Part shown: positions 43,383 through 58,012 of the stretch, one piece after another
Numbering within the stretch: position 1 is the first letter of the stretch
How the letters are laid out: every line of letters begins with the position of its first letter
Source of the DNA: Eledone cirrhosa
Taxonomy: Eukaryota
DNA length: 64,000 nucleotides
Reading direction: 5' to 3'
Assembly (NCBI GenBank): GCA_964016885.1
Contig: OZ024742.1
Coordinates: 214,210,001-214,274,000 of the forward strand
Program-made: the position numbers and the translations under genes
The notes under the pieces: generated by a model
Seen by the model: only the letters and a program-made list of their open reading frames with translations
What the model was told of the DNA's origin: nothing
Databases searched by the model: none

Positions 43383-44330
43383 CTGTTTCTAACATAGAAA
43401 CATGACCCCTATTAGAATTTAGACAACAACACCAATGGTACGTGTGTCTGTGTATGAGTGTGTCTGCGCGCAAGTATGTATGTTATCGCATATGTGGATC
43501 TGTATGTTGTGAGTTATATGCGTACAAGTGCATATGCTTCTGGATTTAGACATGTATATATGCAGCTATCACATCCCGAATTTCCGAAATATTTTACTTA
43601 ACTTTACAGTTAAACTCATGGACTGTACTTGCAACTTCCTGAGTAGCCATGCCATTTCTGTGTCTCAGAAACCTAGCGTCTCCAAAATTTTACTGAGGCA
43701 GTTAATAACTTATCCCAGAATCCAGATCATAGGCACAAACTGTCAGGGTAGACTGTCTGCAGATTATTCACTAGTTCTGCATAAATGCTTTTCATTTTGG
43801 TAATTCTTAGCATTATATTGACATCTGCTAACAGCTGATTTCCTCCAGTGTGTATGTTTTCTGTTCTCTGTCATCTTACACTATGTTTGGTCTGTTATAT
43901 TTGCATATTGTTGGGGGCCTTGCCTGCGGCATTCCATCAGTACTCTTTTATATTATGTATGCATACGTCCTCCATATCACTGTAACTGTTTATGTTATGT
44001 CTTAGGTCTATTTCTTTACAGATTGTATAGTACAGGTAAATGGTACAATGTTGACATCCTTGGATATATGCTAGTGATGTGGTTGTCATCTTCGATGTAT
44101 ATTCTGTAGAGTCTGCATATGTTATCATATCTAGGTGTTTTCCATGCATCCCTATCTCTTTTGCACTAGGCATTTCGTAGCTATTTCCTCTTCTTGGATT
44201 GCAAACACCACATGAAAGTGAGAGACAATATACCGGCTGTTAGTCAAAAATAGACTCCTTTGCTTATATATATTACTCTTATCTTGTGATTTTCTGGCAG
44301 CATAGCCATGCATGATTTTAAATAGGTCAT
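43383..44330 (-). mobile_element. Older 3' fragment of an R4-type element
   Basis: Colinear with 36950-37800 (HGYAARK, FAIQEEEIATK, RLE region, 3' UTR) but more diverged. Confidence 0.75.
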
Positions 44331-44421
44331 TATTGACTTCGTAGCTCCAAGAAAAATGCAATTTATAGTTTCGGGTCGTTGTAAAAGAAATTTAAGATTT
44401 AGACGGATATCTCTAATGTTA

Positions 44422-45017
44422 TTTCGGGTCACTCTTGAGTGCTACTGGTAACATGTAACCCAGTACAACCTGTCGCATGGTCGGATCGTCGGCAACTAAA
44501 CCGGCAACCCCACCAAGTTTACTTGGTGAGGAGGGTGATTTTGGACACTCTGCAGGACAAAAAACAAAACCTGACAAAGGGCGGAAGAACTCATAAAAGT
44601 CAACGGCCATCCAAAGGTGTGTAAATATGTATATACGTATGTACATATGTATGTATATGCGCGGGGACATAGAAATAGTCGGGCTGGACACCAGATCACG
44701 CTGTTAAACCAGTGGGAGTGAAGGACTCCGTGCATTTGTCAGGGCATTCTTCTAAGAGAAGGCAACTCAGAAAACTGGGATAACTCCGATATAAAAAAAA
44801 ACATGCGGCTCAGTAGTTACCGATGATGTTGATCTTTTCTTCTTTTCGGGTTATAGCTTCTGTCGCTCAGAGAGTGGGATTGGCTCAGTGCACAGTTTTT
44901 CTTCGCTTTAAAAAATATCTTCACGCACAGGCATTGCACGATAGAATTAATTAATAATTATTAATAATGGTATATCGTGCAATGGCCATACTCGATAACG
45001 AGGGTGCAGCCATCATG
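44422..45017 (+). mobile_element. Short non-autonomous RTE-like element, second copy
   Basis: GGTCAC...GTGCTACTGGTAACATGTA.CCCAGTACAACCTGTC 5' end and TGGCCATACTCGA.AACGAG 3' end match the reverse complement of 14523-15133. Confidence 0.6.
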
Positions 45018-45137
45018 TATGTATGAAGTTTAAATTATATCATTTTTAAAGTGGTTTAGAACAGACGAATACCAAAAATATTGTCTATTTTTTGATAGAT
45101 TTCTTCTTTTTCACCCCTCCTCCTCCTCATAATCCCC

Positions 45138-46110
45138 CTTCTTCTTCTTCTTCTTCTTCTTCTTCTTCTTCTTCTTCTTCTTCTTCTTCTTCTTCTTCTT
45201 CTTCTTCTTCTTCTTCTTCCAGCGGCGTGGTGGAAGGATCCTCAAACACCCCTTCCAGCGATTCCTGTCAGAAACAACCATCTCCAAACGAGACCAGCTA
45301 AGCTCATGGATATTATGCAACCATCTTGCTCGGGCTTTACTCCTGGGTATCCAGCCATTTGGTTTTGCCTGTAAAATCATTCCAGCGATTCTTCCCTGAG
45401 ACATAGTATCGGAGCTGTGATCTCTCAATTCGAAGAAGTAGCGGCTCTATCGGAGTGTCTCTCTGATTACTGAGCTACGCACTTTATAGAGTAACCTTAC
45501 TATAAAGACCCTTCGGAAGTACACAATTCGGGCGATTGTATTCGTGATTGTATTCTTTCGGTCATTACCCAAGATTCATGCCCATAGGTACGGGTTAGCG
45601 CGAATACCGAATTGAAGATAGCGAATTTGGCTTTTAAATCTACCTCCCTTCTTCTGATTACCGAATGTTGAAACCGGTTCATTACTGCACCAGCTCCTGC
45701 GATTCTTGCACTTAATTCAGCCTTCTGCATTCCATCACTTGTGAACACAGCACCCACCTACTTGAACCACACCACCTGCTTCAATGGAAATCCATTTACA
45801 TTTAGAGTATATTGCACAGACTTCATTTAGAGGACGTGTGTCTCAGTTTATGCAGCACTGATTTTCATTCCAGCCATGCAGCACTTGGCATCAAACCTAT
45901 CATGCGCAAGTCGGAGATCAAATTCTGTCGAGTTAATAACACCATGCCGTCTGCAAATACCAGCCGACTGAGTTTACACCTGTCAGTCATGATACCACAT
46001 ACAACCGAATTGCTGTGAAAACCTTTTAAAATAAATTTCTTACTGATCCGCTTTATTTTTTCATATAGCATCGGCTGAGAAGAATTTATAACCTTTAGGA
46101 ACATTTTAGG
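45138..46110 (-). mobile_element. 5'-truncated RTE-clade LINE with (GAA)n tail
   Basis: LVFADG, GAVFTSDG, TYGHESW, RSKARARWLHNI; (TTC)n at 45138-45218 is the tail. A related fragment lies at about 18963-19010. Confidence 0.8.
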
Positions 46111-47136
46111 TAATTCTGAAGCAGAGTTGTATATGCACTTGAATCACATTTGTAGAAACTACTTCTCCCCTTTACTTGAATAAGACTTTAGATTTCATTA
46201 GAGCTCCTAATGCATATTTGTCAGCTTTGATTACCTGTAATGTTACTATTGAATTAGTCAATCATTCATATTTTCTTTGTAATTTCAAAGGAAATAATAG
46301 AATGTGGCTTGATTCTCGTATAATACTGTCTTCGAAATAACCAACTATTGAATTAATTGTAAGCAAAACACTAGATCTCGTGGCTGCAGTCTTTCATTGT
46401 CAGCCTTATATGCTCTACAGATACTCGTATTGACCACCAGCAGCGGCTCAGGTGAAAATATTGATACACTCAACCTATCTTTAAAAAACAAATTCCACAA
46501 TAAAACACACGTGTACAGACATACACGTACATACACTCTTACATCCATACTTGTACGCACACACATACGTACACGCACCGACACACACAGAGACATACAC
46601 ATATATAATTAGAATATATTCTATATAGAAATACTTGTAATACAATTTTTATGTAGTAGCTAATCGTAGATGCCAGATTTTGGTATGAGATAAATGATTT
46701 CTTTCTACTCTGCCTATAAAGATCCTTGGCAGATAATGTTGTGTTAAACATATATCTGTATATCTTTTACATCTTTATACAAACCAAAATGTTTTGTGTA
46801 GACTACCATAGTAATAGTCCTTCCTTTTGGCCGTGTGCTTTAAAACTTTATCACAACATTCATTATTATTTACAGGGATGTTTTCTTTTATGCTAAGCAG
46901 AAGGAAATCGGAAAGTTATCTTTCTCAAGAAAGTTCACTCGAGCTTTGGGTGGAAGCGCCCAACCGTTTATATGACTACTGTAAGAGTTACATGAATGTT
47001 ATACGTCTCTTATATTATTCAGAATGTATGATAGGTAATATGTTCTTTGATACAATTGATGCGGTGGATCCAATATATATTAGCAGTAAGTAGAATATCT
47101 AAAATACTTCCAATTCAGAAAAAGTACACAGCTGAA

Positions 47137-47180
<44 letters not shown>

Positions 47181-48212
47181 AGAGAGAGAGAGAGGGAGAG
47201 AGAGAGAGAGATATGAAATTTTAGTTCTTGTCGCGATATACCTTCATAACGTTAAATTTAGTTCCTCAATTAAGCTGTAGGGCAATTATGTATTTTTCTG
47301 TATTATCTACATCCTTTTCCTGAAATCGACATTTAATATTTCGATGTTTGATGAAGTTTACTCCGTACGAATGAACAGTAAATATATATAGGCACTCAAT
47401 GAATGATATGTAGGATTTCAGATAATCATTTCGTCTGCATATTAATTCATTTTTTAATATTTATCGTAACAGTTTGATGGATGATGGGTCATAATAAAAG
47501 AAGGTTCTCAAATCCTACACAAAGTTAAAATGCAGGATAGCAATCACACGTAATGTAATACGGTTCTACCGCCGCTGTCATTCATAGAATTAACAGAGAA
47601 AGATAATATTTATTGTAAAGAAAAAGATACATTATTGAACATAATTTACGAGTTTAAAAATAGAAGCTTTGTGATGAGAAATGTTTCCAGGAAAATAATG
47701 TGATAATAGGATAAGATAGACTGAAATGGAAATATAAATGTATATAAATAGAGCAAAACGAATGCAAATTCTTACAGTAATTTTCGAATATACTACACAA
47801 AGTGACTGAGTATGTAGAAATTAATATGAAATAATATTTGTTATGAACCATTACCCTGAAGAGATATTCAGTTTAATATAGCTAAGCCATAAAGCAATAG
47901 AAAACACAAATACGACTAAATAAATATAGCGCAAATATTTACGACATTGTAGAAAATGAAATTATTTTTATTCGTCTTAGCACCATTTCGAGATTTCCTA
48001 TTATCGTAAAATTTGCCTATTATCAAGAAACTCTCCAAACTTGTTTTAATCAAAATTATACATACAAGCGATATTCTTCAAACAAAATTACACACGCGAA
48101 CATATTCAAACCCATACGCACACATACGTTTACACAGTAAGTATATATTGATATATATATATACATACACACACACATATATATAAGTATATCTACATAT
48201 ATATATATAGAT

Positions 48213-48297
<85 letters not shown>

Positions 48298-48349
48298 GAT
48301 CCCGTTAAGGGTGAAAGCTGCATTTCTTTGCTTAAAAATTAATCTGTTA

Positions 48350-48389
<40 letters not shown>

Positions 48390-48662
48390 CACGTGTGTGT
48401 GTATATGTGTATGTATAGGAAGTGTTAAAGCTAGTTTATTGCACACTGTCTACGCTGAAGCTGTGATGATGTCTGAAATACACAGCCGGCGACTATGTAG
48501 ATTTTATTATAATTTATTTAGCTTTCATTGTTGATATATGTTTTCCTTAAAAGCCGCAGTGCTTTTCATTTAAAATTACCTCTTCTCCATTCGTATGCAC
48601 CAAACATGTACGTTTTACTATCGTACCTGTGCTACCATATATTAATATATATATATATATAC

Positions 48663-49258
48663 ATACATATAAAAAATATGAGAAGAATGAACACTGCGTG
48701 GTTGCACATGGGTTACATATGATAAAAATAGTCCTTCATCAGTGATTTTCCAACCTTCATTGGTATTTCATCGCTTTAAATATCATATACCTCCTGTTGG
48801 TGCGAGCAATAGATAAATAAAGCTATTGGGACAAGTAAATCTCGTAAAGCGAGCGAGACAAGTAAACAAACATAGAAGGATAGCAACGCAAAGATAGGAA
48901 AAAACAAGCACATGGGAGTCCGATCAGCATAAGCTGTGTGGATTACATGAGCGAGAGACAACAGACCGTTCGACGCGAGTCAGGTGTGAGCAAGAAAGGA
49001 CTCCACTTTAGGCCAAACGGGGGGAAGTGAGAAGGGGAGAAGCAGAGAGTGAGTGGAAGTGCGAGGAAGAGGCCAGTCGAGAGAAAGTGTAACTGACAGA
49101 TCGGGGCGAAAGAATGTGAGAGAAACAGAGAGAGGGGGGAAGCAGTAAGAGAGAAACAGACAAACGCAGCGGGGGAAAATATATATAAAAAAACATGAGA
49201 AGAATGAATACTGCGTGGTTGCACATGGGTTACATATGATAAAAATAGTCCTTCATCA

Positions 49259-49262
<4 letters not shown>
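48663..49262. repeat. ~600-bp element with ~80-bp direct terminal repeats between (TA)n tracts
   Basis: ATGAGAAGAATGAA.ACTGCGTGGTTGCACATGGG...CCTTCATCAGTGAT at about 48678-48745 and 49195-49262. Confidence 0.7.
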
Positions 49263-49312
<50 letters not shown>

Positions 49313-49324
49313 TAAAAAAAAAAA

Positions 49325-49362
<38 letters not shown>

Positions 49363-49843
49363 CTACAATGTTGATAAAAGGAAGGCAACGAAAATGTTTG
49401 TTACTTGGTATTTATTATTATCTTCTTGTTTCCTCTTAATATTTCGGGCCCTAAAAATCCATTTTTCAGAGCAATTTTTTTCGATCCTAACGCTTTGAAA
49501 TTTGATTTAAATTTAAAATTTAGAAACCGCTTTCAAGCGTTGTGTTATGTTGTCATAGCCGTGTGAAGCAGAAGGATGCCGTCAATTGCGATATGTATAC
49601 TCTAATTGAAGAAGATTTCTTTATTAAATTGTTATGGTTCGGTTGTGGGTTTGTCCGTTTTCTGGGGACTGTGTTCCATCTGTTGTTGACTAGTGAGTAG
49701 AGCACTGCTTTCTTTATTAGCAAGTTGCCCACAATTCAGAGAAATTGTCTACAATTCAGAGAAATGTGGGCAATTTGAGAATAAAGGAAGCAAGATAATA
49801 ATATTAATAAATACTAGGTAACAAACGTTATGGTTGCCTTCAT

Positions 49844-49884
<41 letters not shown>

Positions 49885-49888
<4 letters not shown>

Positions 49889-50081
49889 TTAATATAGATG
49901 AGATTCTACAGGACTAGAACTGTTTCATTCTTTAGAAATCATCAGGAATCCTGATGATTTCTAAAGAATGAAACAGTTCTAGTCCTGTAGAATCTCATCT
50001 ATATTAAAACTTTTATACTCTGCAATGTATTGAGTACCTTACTTACTGTGGTTACCTCCGATTCAACCCGGAATAACGTAC
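49885..50081 (+). mobile_element. Truncated HHR-bearing element with 5' inversion
   Basis: Perfect palindrome 49885-50011 (centre 49948). CTGATGA-TTTCTAAAGAAT-GAAAC core at 49951-49974. Flanked by (TA)n. Confidence 0.7.
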
Positions 50082-50158
50082 CTATATATATATATATATA
50101 TATATGAAATCATATATAGGATATATAAACACATATATATGTGTATGTATGATATTAT

Positions 50159-50271
<113 letters not shown>

Positions 50272-50822
50272 TAGTTGTGAAACTTTTAATGCACTATATT
50301 AGATTTCAAATTATTTTATCATAATCTATATTTTCCCAGATATTTGTGAGAATGCCAGAGAAGGGTTGGGGTATATTCTTATATTCTTATATGCTTCTAC
50401 TGATAATATAATATAATATGATGTTACTTAACTCGGATGTAATGTGCATATCCCCATACTCGTCTGGATTAATAGAAAACTCATAAAATGAGTTTTACAT
50501 TAATCCGGATTTATTTGTAAATGGCATCATCGTTACAAAAGAGAATATTAGAAATTTGGGGATTACGAAGGCTATACTTATAGATTAAAGATTTATATCT
50601 ATAAAAGTCAATTACTGCCTTACATATCACAACCAATATGCTTATGGTTTTAAATCACACACATTTGTACATATGTGTGCAGATCAAAGCAGGATTTCCT
50701 CTCAATTTTTCTCTATTTATGAAAGTTACAGAAGGATGACATCGAAATGCGCGGAAAAAATATAATCGCTTGCGTTTTTCTCACACATTTAATCACATAT
50801 ATTCAATTGTTTCTCTATAACA

Positions 50823-50906
<84 letters not shown>

Positions 50907-51151
50907 TTGAAAGTGAGGTTTTTTTTTACAAAATGAAAAATAACCGAGGTGTCCTACACGAGTGAAAGTATAAAGAAAAAGAGATAAAATCGAAAATGCA
51001 GCTGGAGTCTTATTTAAAAAATATATATATATATTTATTTGGTTCCTTTACCGGTTTCGCAGTTCTTCTGCTTTTCAAAAGGTGAGTTGAGATGGAGGGT
51101 CTGTGGTTTTTCTCACATCTGTATACTACTAAAACTCTGATCTTGATTGTG

Positions 51152-51186
<35 letters not shown>

Positions 51187-51317
51187 ACACACTTTCTCTA
51201 TATATATGTGTTCATATTTGTGTATATACAGGTTGCCCCCCAAAAATGTATACCCACTTTGATTGCCTATACATGCATTATTTGTTAGGATGGTGTATAC
51301 ATTTTTAGGGAACCCGG

Positions 51318-51352
<35 letters not shown>

Positions 51353-51754
51353 GGTGTCCCCGAAAAATCTATACACACTTTGATTACCTGTACAAGCAAT
51401 ATATATATATTAGAATGGTGTATACATTTTTAGGGACCCCGGTATATATAAATATATATATATATGGTGTCCCCGAAAAATGTATACACACTTTGATTAT
51501 CTGTACAGGCAATATATATATTAGAATGGTGTATACATTTTTAGGGAACCCGGTATATATATATATATATATGGTGTCCCCGAAAAATGTATACACACTT
51601 TGATTACCTGTACAAGCAATATATATATTAGAATGGTGTATACATTTTTAGGGACCCCAGTATATATATATATGGTGTCCCGGAAAAATGTATACACACT
51701 TTGATTGTACAGGCAATATATATATTAGAATGGTGTATACATTTTTAGGGACCC

Positions 51755-51802
<48 letters not shown>

Positions 51803-52932
51803 TGTCCCCAAAAAATGTATACGCACTTTGATTGTACAGGCAATATATATATTAGATTGGTGTATACATTTTTAAGGACACCGGTATATATATATATATG
51901 ATGTCCCCGAAAAATATATACACACTTTGATTACCTGTACAGGCAATATATATATTAGAATGGTGTATACATTTTTAGGGACCCCAGTATATATATATAT
52001 ATATATGGTGTCCCCGAAAAATGTTTACACACTTTGATTACCTGTACAGGCAATATATATATTAGAATGGTGTATACACTTTTAGGGACACCGGTATATA
52101 TATATATATGGTGTCGCCGATAAATGTATACACACTCTGATTACCTGTACAGGCAATATATATATTAGAATGGGATATACATTTTTAGGGACCCAGTATG
52201 TATATATATATATATATATGGTGTCCCCGAAAAATGTATACACACTTTGATTACCTGTACAGGCAATATATATGTTAGAATGGCGTATACATTTTTAGGG
52301 ACACCGGTATATATATATATATTGTGTCCCCGAAAAATGTATACACACTTTGATTACCTGTACAGGCAATATATATATTAGAATGGTGTATACATTTTTA
52401 AGGACCCCGGTATATATATATATATATATATATATGGTGTCCCCAAAAAATGTATACACACTTTGATTACCTGTACAGGCAATATATATATTAGAATGGT
52501 GTATACATTTTTAGTGACCTCGGTATATGGTGTCCCCGAAAAATGTATACATACTTTGATTATCTGTACAGGCAATATATATATTAGAATGGTGTATACA
52601 TTTTTAGGGAACCCGGTATATATATATATATATATATATATGGTGTCCCCGAACAATGTATACACACTTTGATTACCTGTACAGGCAATATATATATTAG
52701 AATGGTGTATACATTTTTAGGGACCCCGGTATATATATATATACATGGTGTCCCCGAAAAATGTATACACACTTTGATTACCTGTAGAGCAAATATATAT
52801 ATTAGAATGGTGTATACATTTTTAGGGACCCCGATATATATATATATGGTGTCCCCAAAAATGTATACACACTTTGATTACCTGTACAGGCAATATATAT
52901 ATTAGAATGGTGTATACATTTTTAGGGACCCC

Positions 52933-53043
<111 letters not shown>

Positions 53044-53262
53044 TTAAGTTAAATGTGTACATCCACATATATATACTGAAATACTAGTATGCATATAAAT
53101 ACACACACGTATACATATGTACATGTACCGAGTTTTTCACTGGACACTTTACTGTGAGTGTCTAGCTAGTCTGTATATAACCAAACAGACAAACCGGTTT
53201 TTAGAGTCATACGGGTTTTCAAGGAAACACTTTTCCTCTATTCTTCAGAGAGCCAGACAGGA

Positions 53263-53305
53263 ATATTGGACTAGTTTCGATGTTATTACATCTCATCAGC
53301 AATAT
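53263..53305 (-). ncRNA. Minimal type I hammerhead ribozyme
   Basis: Minus strand ATATTG-CTGATGA-GATGT aata ACATC-GAAA-CTAG-TC-CAATAT: intact core, 5-bp stem II, palindromic CTAG loop, GTC site. Confidence 0.9.
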
Positions 53306-53727
53306 ATACCCATCTTCCGGCTTCTCTAGAGAATCGTAAAAGCACATATGGTTATATGCTTTTTCTATGAAAATTAGTAGTGGGCAGACTAATTTGCATA
53401 GAACGTGAGTACGCACCGGTTCAGCGGAAACGATAAAAACAAATAACGAAACGAAATTAAATTTCGTTTCGTTTGTAACTCACTTTTCTATGACTGACGC
53501 TTAAACAATTAAGTTAAAAGTGTACATCCACATATGTATACTGAAATACTAGTATGCATATAAATACACACACGTATACATATGTACATGTACCGAGTTT
53601 TTCACTGGACACTTTACTGTGAGTGTCTAGCTAGTCTGTATGTAACCAAACAGACAAACCGCTTTTTAGAGTCATACGGGTTTTCAAGGAAACACTTTTC
53701 CTCTATTCTCCAGAGAGCCAGACAGGA

Positions 53728-53770
53728 ATATTGGACTAGTTTCGATGTTATTACATCTCATCAGCAATAT
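53728..53770 (-). ncRNA. Minimal type I hammerhead ribozyme (second tandem copy)
   Basis: Same motif 465 bp away. Confidence 0.9.
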
Positions 53771-54031
53771 ATACCCATCTTCCTTGAAAACACGTATGAC
53801 TCTAAAAACCGGTTTGTCTGTTTGGTTACATACAGACTAGCTAGACACTCACAGTAAAGTGTCCAGTGAAAAACTCGGTACATGTACATATGTATACGTG
53901 TGTGTATTTATATGCATACTAGTATTTCAGTATACATATGTGGATGTACACTTTTAACTTAATTGTTTAAGCGTCAGTCATACAAAAGTGAGTTACAAAC
54001 GAAACGAAATTTAATTTCGTTTCGTTATTTG

Positions 54032-54086
<55 letters not shown>

Positions 54087-55932
54087 CTATATGGTGTCAC
54101 CGAAAAATGTATACACACTTTAATTACCTGTACAGGCAATATATATTTATTAGAATGGTGTATACATTTTTAGGGACCCCGGTATATATATATATATATA
54201 TATGGTGTCCCCGAAAAATGTATACACACTTTGATAACCTGTACAGTCAATATATATATTAGAATGGTGTATACATTTTTAGGGACCCCGGTATATATAT
54301 ATTTATATATGGTGTCCCCGAAAAAGGTATACACAGTTTAATTACCTGTACAGGCAATATATATATTAGAATGGTGTATACATTTTTAGGGACACCGGTA
54401 TATATATATATGGTGTCCCGGAAAAATGTATACACATTTTGATTACCTGTACAGGCAATATATATATTAGAATGGTGTATACATTTTTAGGGACCCCGGT
54501 ATATATGGTGTCCCCGAAAAATGTATACACACTTTGATTACCTGTACAGGCAATATATATATTAGAATGGTGTATACATTTTTAGGGACCCCGGTATATA
54601 TATATATGTGGTGTCCCCGAAAAATGTATACACACTTTGATTACCTGTACAGGCAATATATATATTAGAATGGTGTATACATTTTTAGGGACCCCGGTAT
54701 ATATATATTTATATATGGTGTCCCCGAAAAAGGTATACACAGTTTAATTACCTGTACAGGCAATATATATATTAGAATGGTGTATACATTTTTAGGGACA
54801 CCGGTATATATATGGTGTCCCCGAAAAATGTTTACACACTTTGCTTACCTGTACAGGCAATATATATATTAGAATGGTGTATACATTTTTAGGGACACCG
54901 GTATATATATATATATGGTGTGCCCGAAAAAGGTATACACACTTTAATTACCTGTACAGGCAATATATATATTAGAATGGTGTATACATTTTTAGGGACA
55001 CCGGTATATATATATATATGGTGTCCCGGAAAAATGTATACACACTTTGATTACCTGTACAGGCAATATATATATTAGAATGGTGTATACATTTTTTGGG
55101 ACACCGGTATATATATATATATATATGGTGTCCCGGAAAAAATGTATACACACCTTGATTACCTGTACAGGCAATATATATATATTAGAATGGTGTATAC
55201 ATTTTTAGGGACCCCGGTATATATGGTGTCCCCGAAAAATGTATACACACTTTGATTACCTGTACAGGCAATATATATATTAGAATGGTGTATACATTTT
55301 TAGGGACCCCGGTATATATATATATGGTGTCCCGGAAAAATGTATACACACTTTGATTACCTGTACAGGCAATATATATATTAGAATGGTGTATACATTT
55401 TTAGGGATACCGGTATATATATATATATATATATATATATGGTGTCCCGGAAAAAATGTATACACACTTTGATTACCTGTACAGGCAATATATATATTAG
55501 AATGGTGTATACATTTTTAGGGACCCCAGTATATATGGTGTCCCCGAAAAATGTATACACACTTTGATTACCTGTACAGGCAATATATATATTAGAATGG
55601 TGTATACATTATTATATAATACTAAAAGTCTGTGATTGCTTGCTTGCTTATCTGTAATGTAATACATCCAAAAGGGCGCATAATGGGAAAATACTTTGAA
55701 AGGAAGTTGACCCTGAAATGGGAATACACATGGAACAAAACAAATTTCGCGTAAATCGGACCGCGTGTTCCCGACATAAGGGGTTTTTCCTGGTGCCTTC
55801 ATAAACAAAGTAAACAAAGAGAGAAAAAGATAGAGAGAAAGAGATAGTGGTTGTGAGAGAGTAGATTGAAAGAGAGACAGAAAGAGGGAGAGGAGACAGA
55901 GTATGAAAATGGAAGTGAGCTGGTGGTGCTGT

Positions 55933-55976
<44 letters not shown>

Positions 55977-56337
55977 AGTGTGTGTGAGTGTGTGTGAGTA
56001 TATATATATATATATGTGTGATTATGACCAGTGCATGTAGATCACAGACATCCACATTTATATATATATACACACACATACATATATATGTATATGTTTA
56101 CACACACAGACATATATATATATATACATACAATCACGTATATATATAGGCTTTCCAGTTTCATTTCGCATTATATACATGTCTGTGTATAATTTTATTA
56201 TTTAAAAGTTATTTTTAAGTGAACACGATTTAAAAAAATATATTTTAAAGTGAACATGACCCAACGGGTCACGGGTGGTCTAGTATATATATATATTCGT
56301 GTGTACGTATGTGTCTGTGTGTGTATATATATATACA

Positions 56338-56380
<43 letters not shown>

Positions 56381-56604
56381 TTATCTCTCTCTATTTATAG
56401 CTTTATTTGTTGCTTTTGCGAGCTTCTTAATGTTTATAAAAAGAAACATACACCATATGATTTTCCCTTTTCCCTTTAAATTTATTACTAGTTATTCGTT
56501 ATCAAGTCAAATTCATTTCATCACACACTATGTGATCTCAATGACTACCACTTCTCTTTTGTGTCCCCTCTTTTTTCAGGTCTAATCTTTTCCAGACAGT
56601 GTAG

Positions 56605-56712
56605 ACTTTATGAGAGAGACTTAACATGGAGGTCCTTCTATCATGTGCGCAACCGCTCTTGTCTCTCTCTTTTTGGAAATTAAGTTGCATATGGGGTTCC
56701 CTCTTCAGAAGT
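56605..56712 (-). ncRNA. Decayed hammerhead-like motif with long stem III
   Basis: Minus: ACTT-CTGAAGA-GGGAA...TTTCC-AAAA (GAAA expected)-a-GAGAGAGAC...GTCTCTCTC-a-TA-AAGT. Confidence 0.4.
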
Positions 56713-57006
56713 GCATCTTCGCAAGGTGGAGAGAATACTGGCTGATCTCCTAAACCTGAATACAATACCATCTTTGGATGTAAAATAGGAGCATCTAGGA
56801 AGGATGACTAATCTCTCGGAGGCTGGTGTCACAAGAGGAATTAAAACGTTCAAGCTTCTTGGGTGGAAGGGGTGAAACCCCGCCTGAGATGTTAAAAGCC
56901 TTAAATTGAGAATGTATTCTCTGGCTGAAATTTGTGTGCCGTGTGGCCTGGATCTCTGTTAAAGCACCTGAGCAATGGCTGTCGGGAGTGATATATGTAC
57001 ACACAC

Positions 57007-57042
<36 letters not shown>

Positions 57043-57067
57043 ACACACACACACGCACACGCACACG

Positions 57068-57100
<33 letters not shown>

Positions 57101-57101
<1 letters not shown>

Positions 57102-57500
57102 ATTGTTTCTACTTTAGGCACAAGGCCAGCAATTAACCAGTGCATTACTGGTACTTTATTTTATCGACCCCGTAAGGATGAAAGGCAAAGTCAACCTCGG
57201 CGGGATTTGAACTCAGATCGTAAGGGGACGATCTGAGTTCAAATCCCGCCGAGGTTATCACTCTCTTTCTTACTATCTCTCTCTCTCTCACTCCCTCTCA
57301 TTATATATGTATATAATTGTTTCTACTTTAGGCACAATGCCAGCAAATACCCAGTGCATTACTAGTACTTTATTTTATCGACCCGTAAGGATGAAAGGCA
57401 AAGTCAACCTCGGCGGGATTTGAACTCAGATCGTAAAGGGACGTAACTATGCTGGAAAGCATGTCGTCCGACCCTCTACCGATACTGCCAATCCACCGCC
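57101..57500 (-). mobile_element. Two tRNA-derived SINE copies
   Basis: 57101-57256 is truncated with a short inversion; 57315-57500 is full length. Confidence 0.85.
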
Positions 57501-58012
57501 ATTGTATATGTATATAATGAGAGGGAGTGAGAGTGAGAGAGAGAGAGATAGTAAGAAAGAGAGTGACATTGATGAATGTTCATACACACAAATATATAAA
57601 TAAATATACATGTATGGTAGAATAAAGATAGGTGACGCATTGTGTATACAAACTATTAACTATAGGATAGATAAAGGCAAACATTTAAACGTGTTGACTC
57701 TGAATGTATGAATGTATTTCTGGCGTGTCAATATAACATTGCCAGCAGGAAATGTTCTAAATTACCAAAATATACTATATAAAATCTATAAATCTACTAT
57801 AATATAGGCTAAATCATTATTTTCCTTCAGTCAATCATTTTATTTTGCTTATTGCTTCATTCTTGGTCGTGTCCGTCCAATGGTGTGGTTCAAAAACAAT
57901 GAGGTATTTGTCATTAAATTCGTCTCGACTCACAGAGTTGCCAAACATATTGAAGGTACGATCCATTTATTCGTGGTCAACATAATCTTTGTAACCAAAT
58001 CAACTTCCGTTC

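Noticed and set aside
44422-44600. HDV-like ribozyme at the 5' end of the RTE-like element
   Set aside because: A possible P1 exists, but I could not build P3/L3/P1.1 by eye.
53117-53857. Duplicated 70/91-aa ORFs MYMYRVFHW...
   Set aside because: Antisense to the ribozyme strand, no recognisable domain; duplicated only because the unit is tandem.
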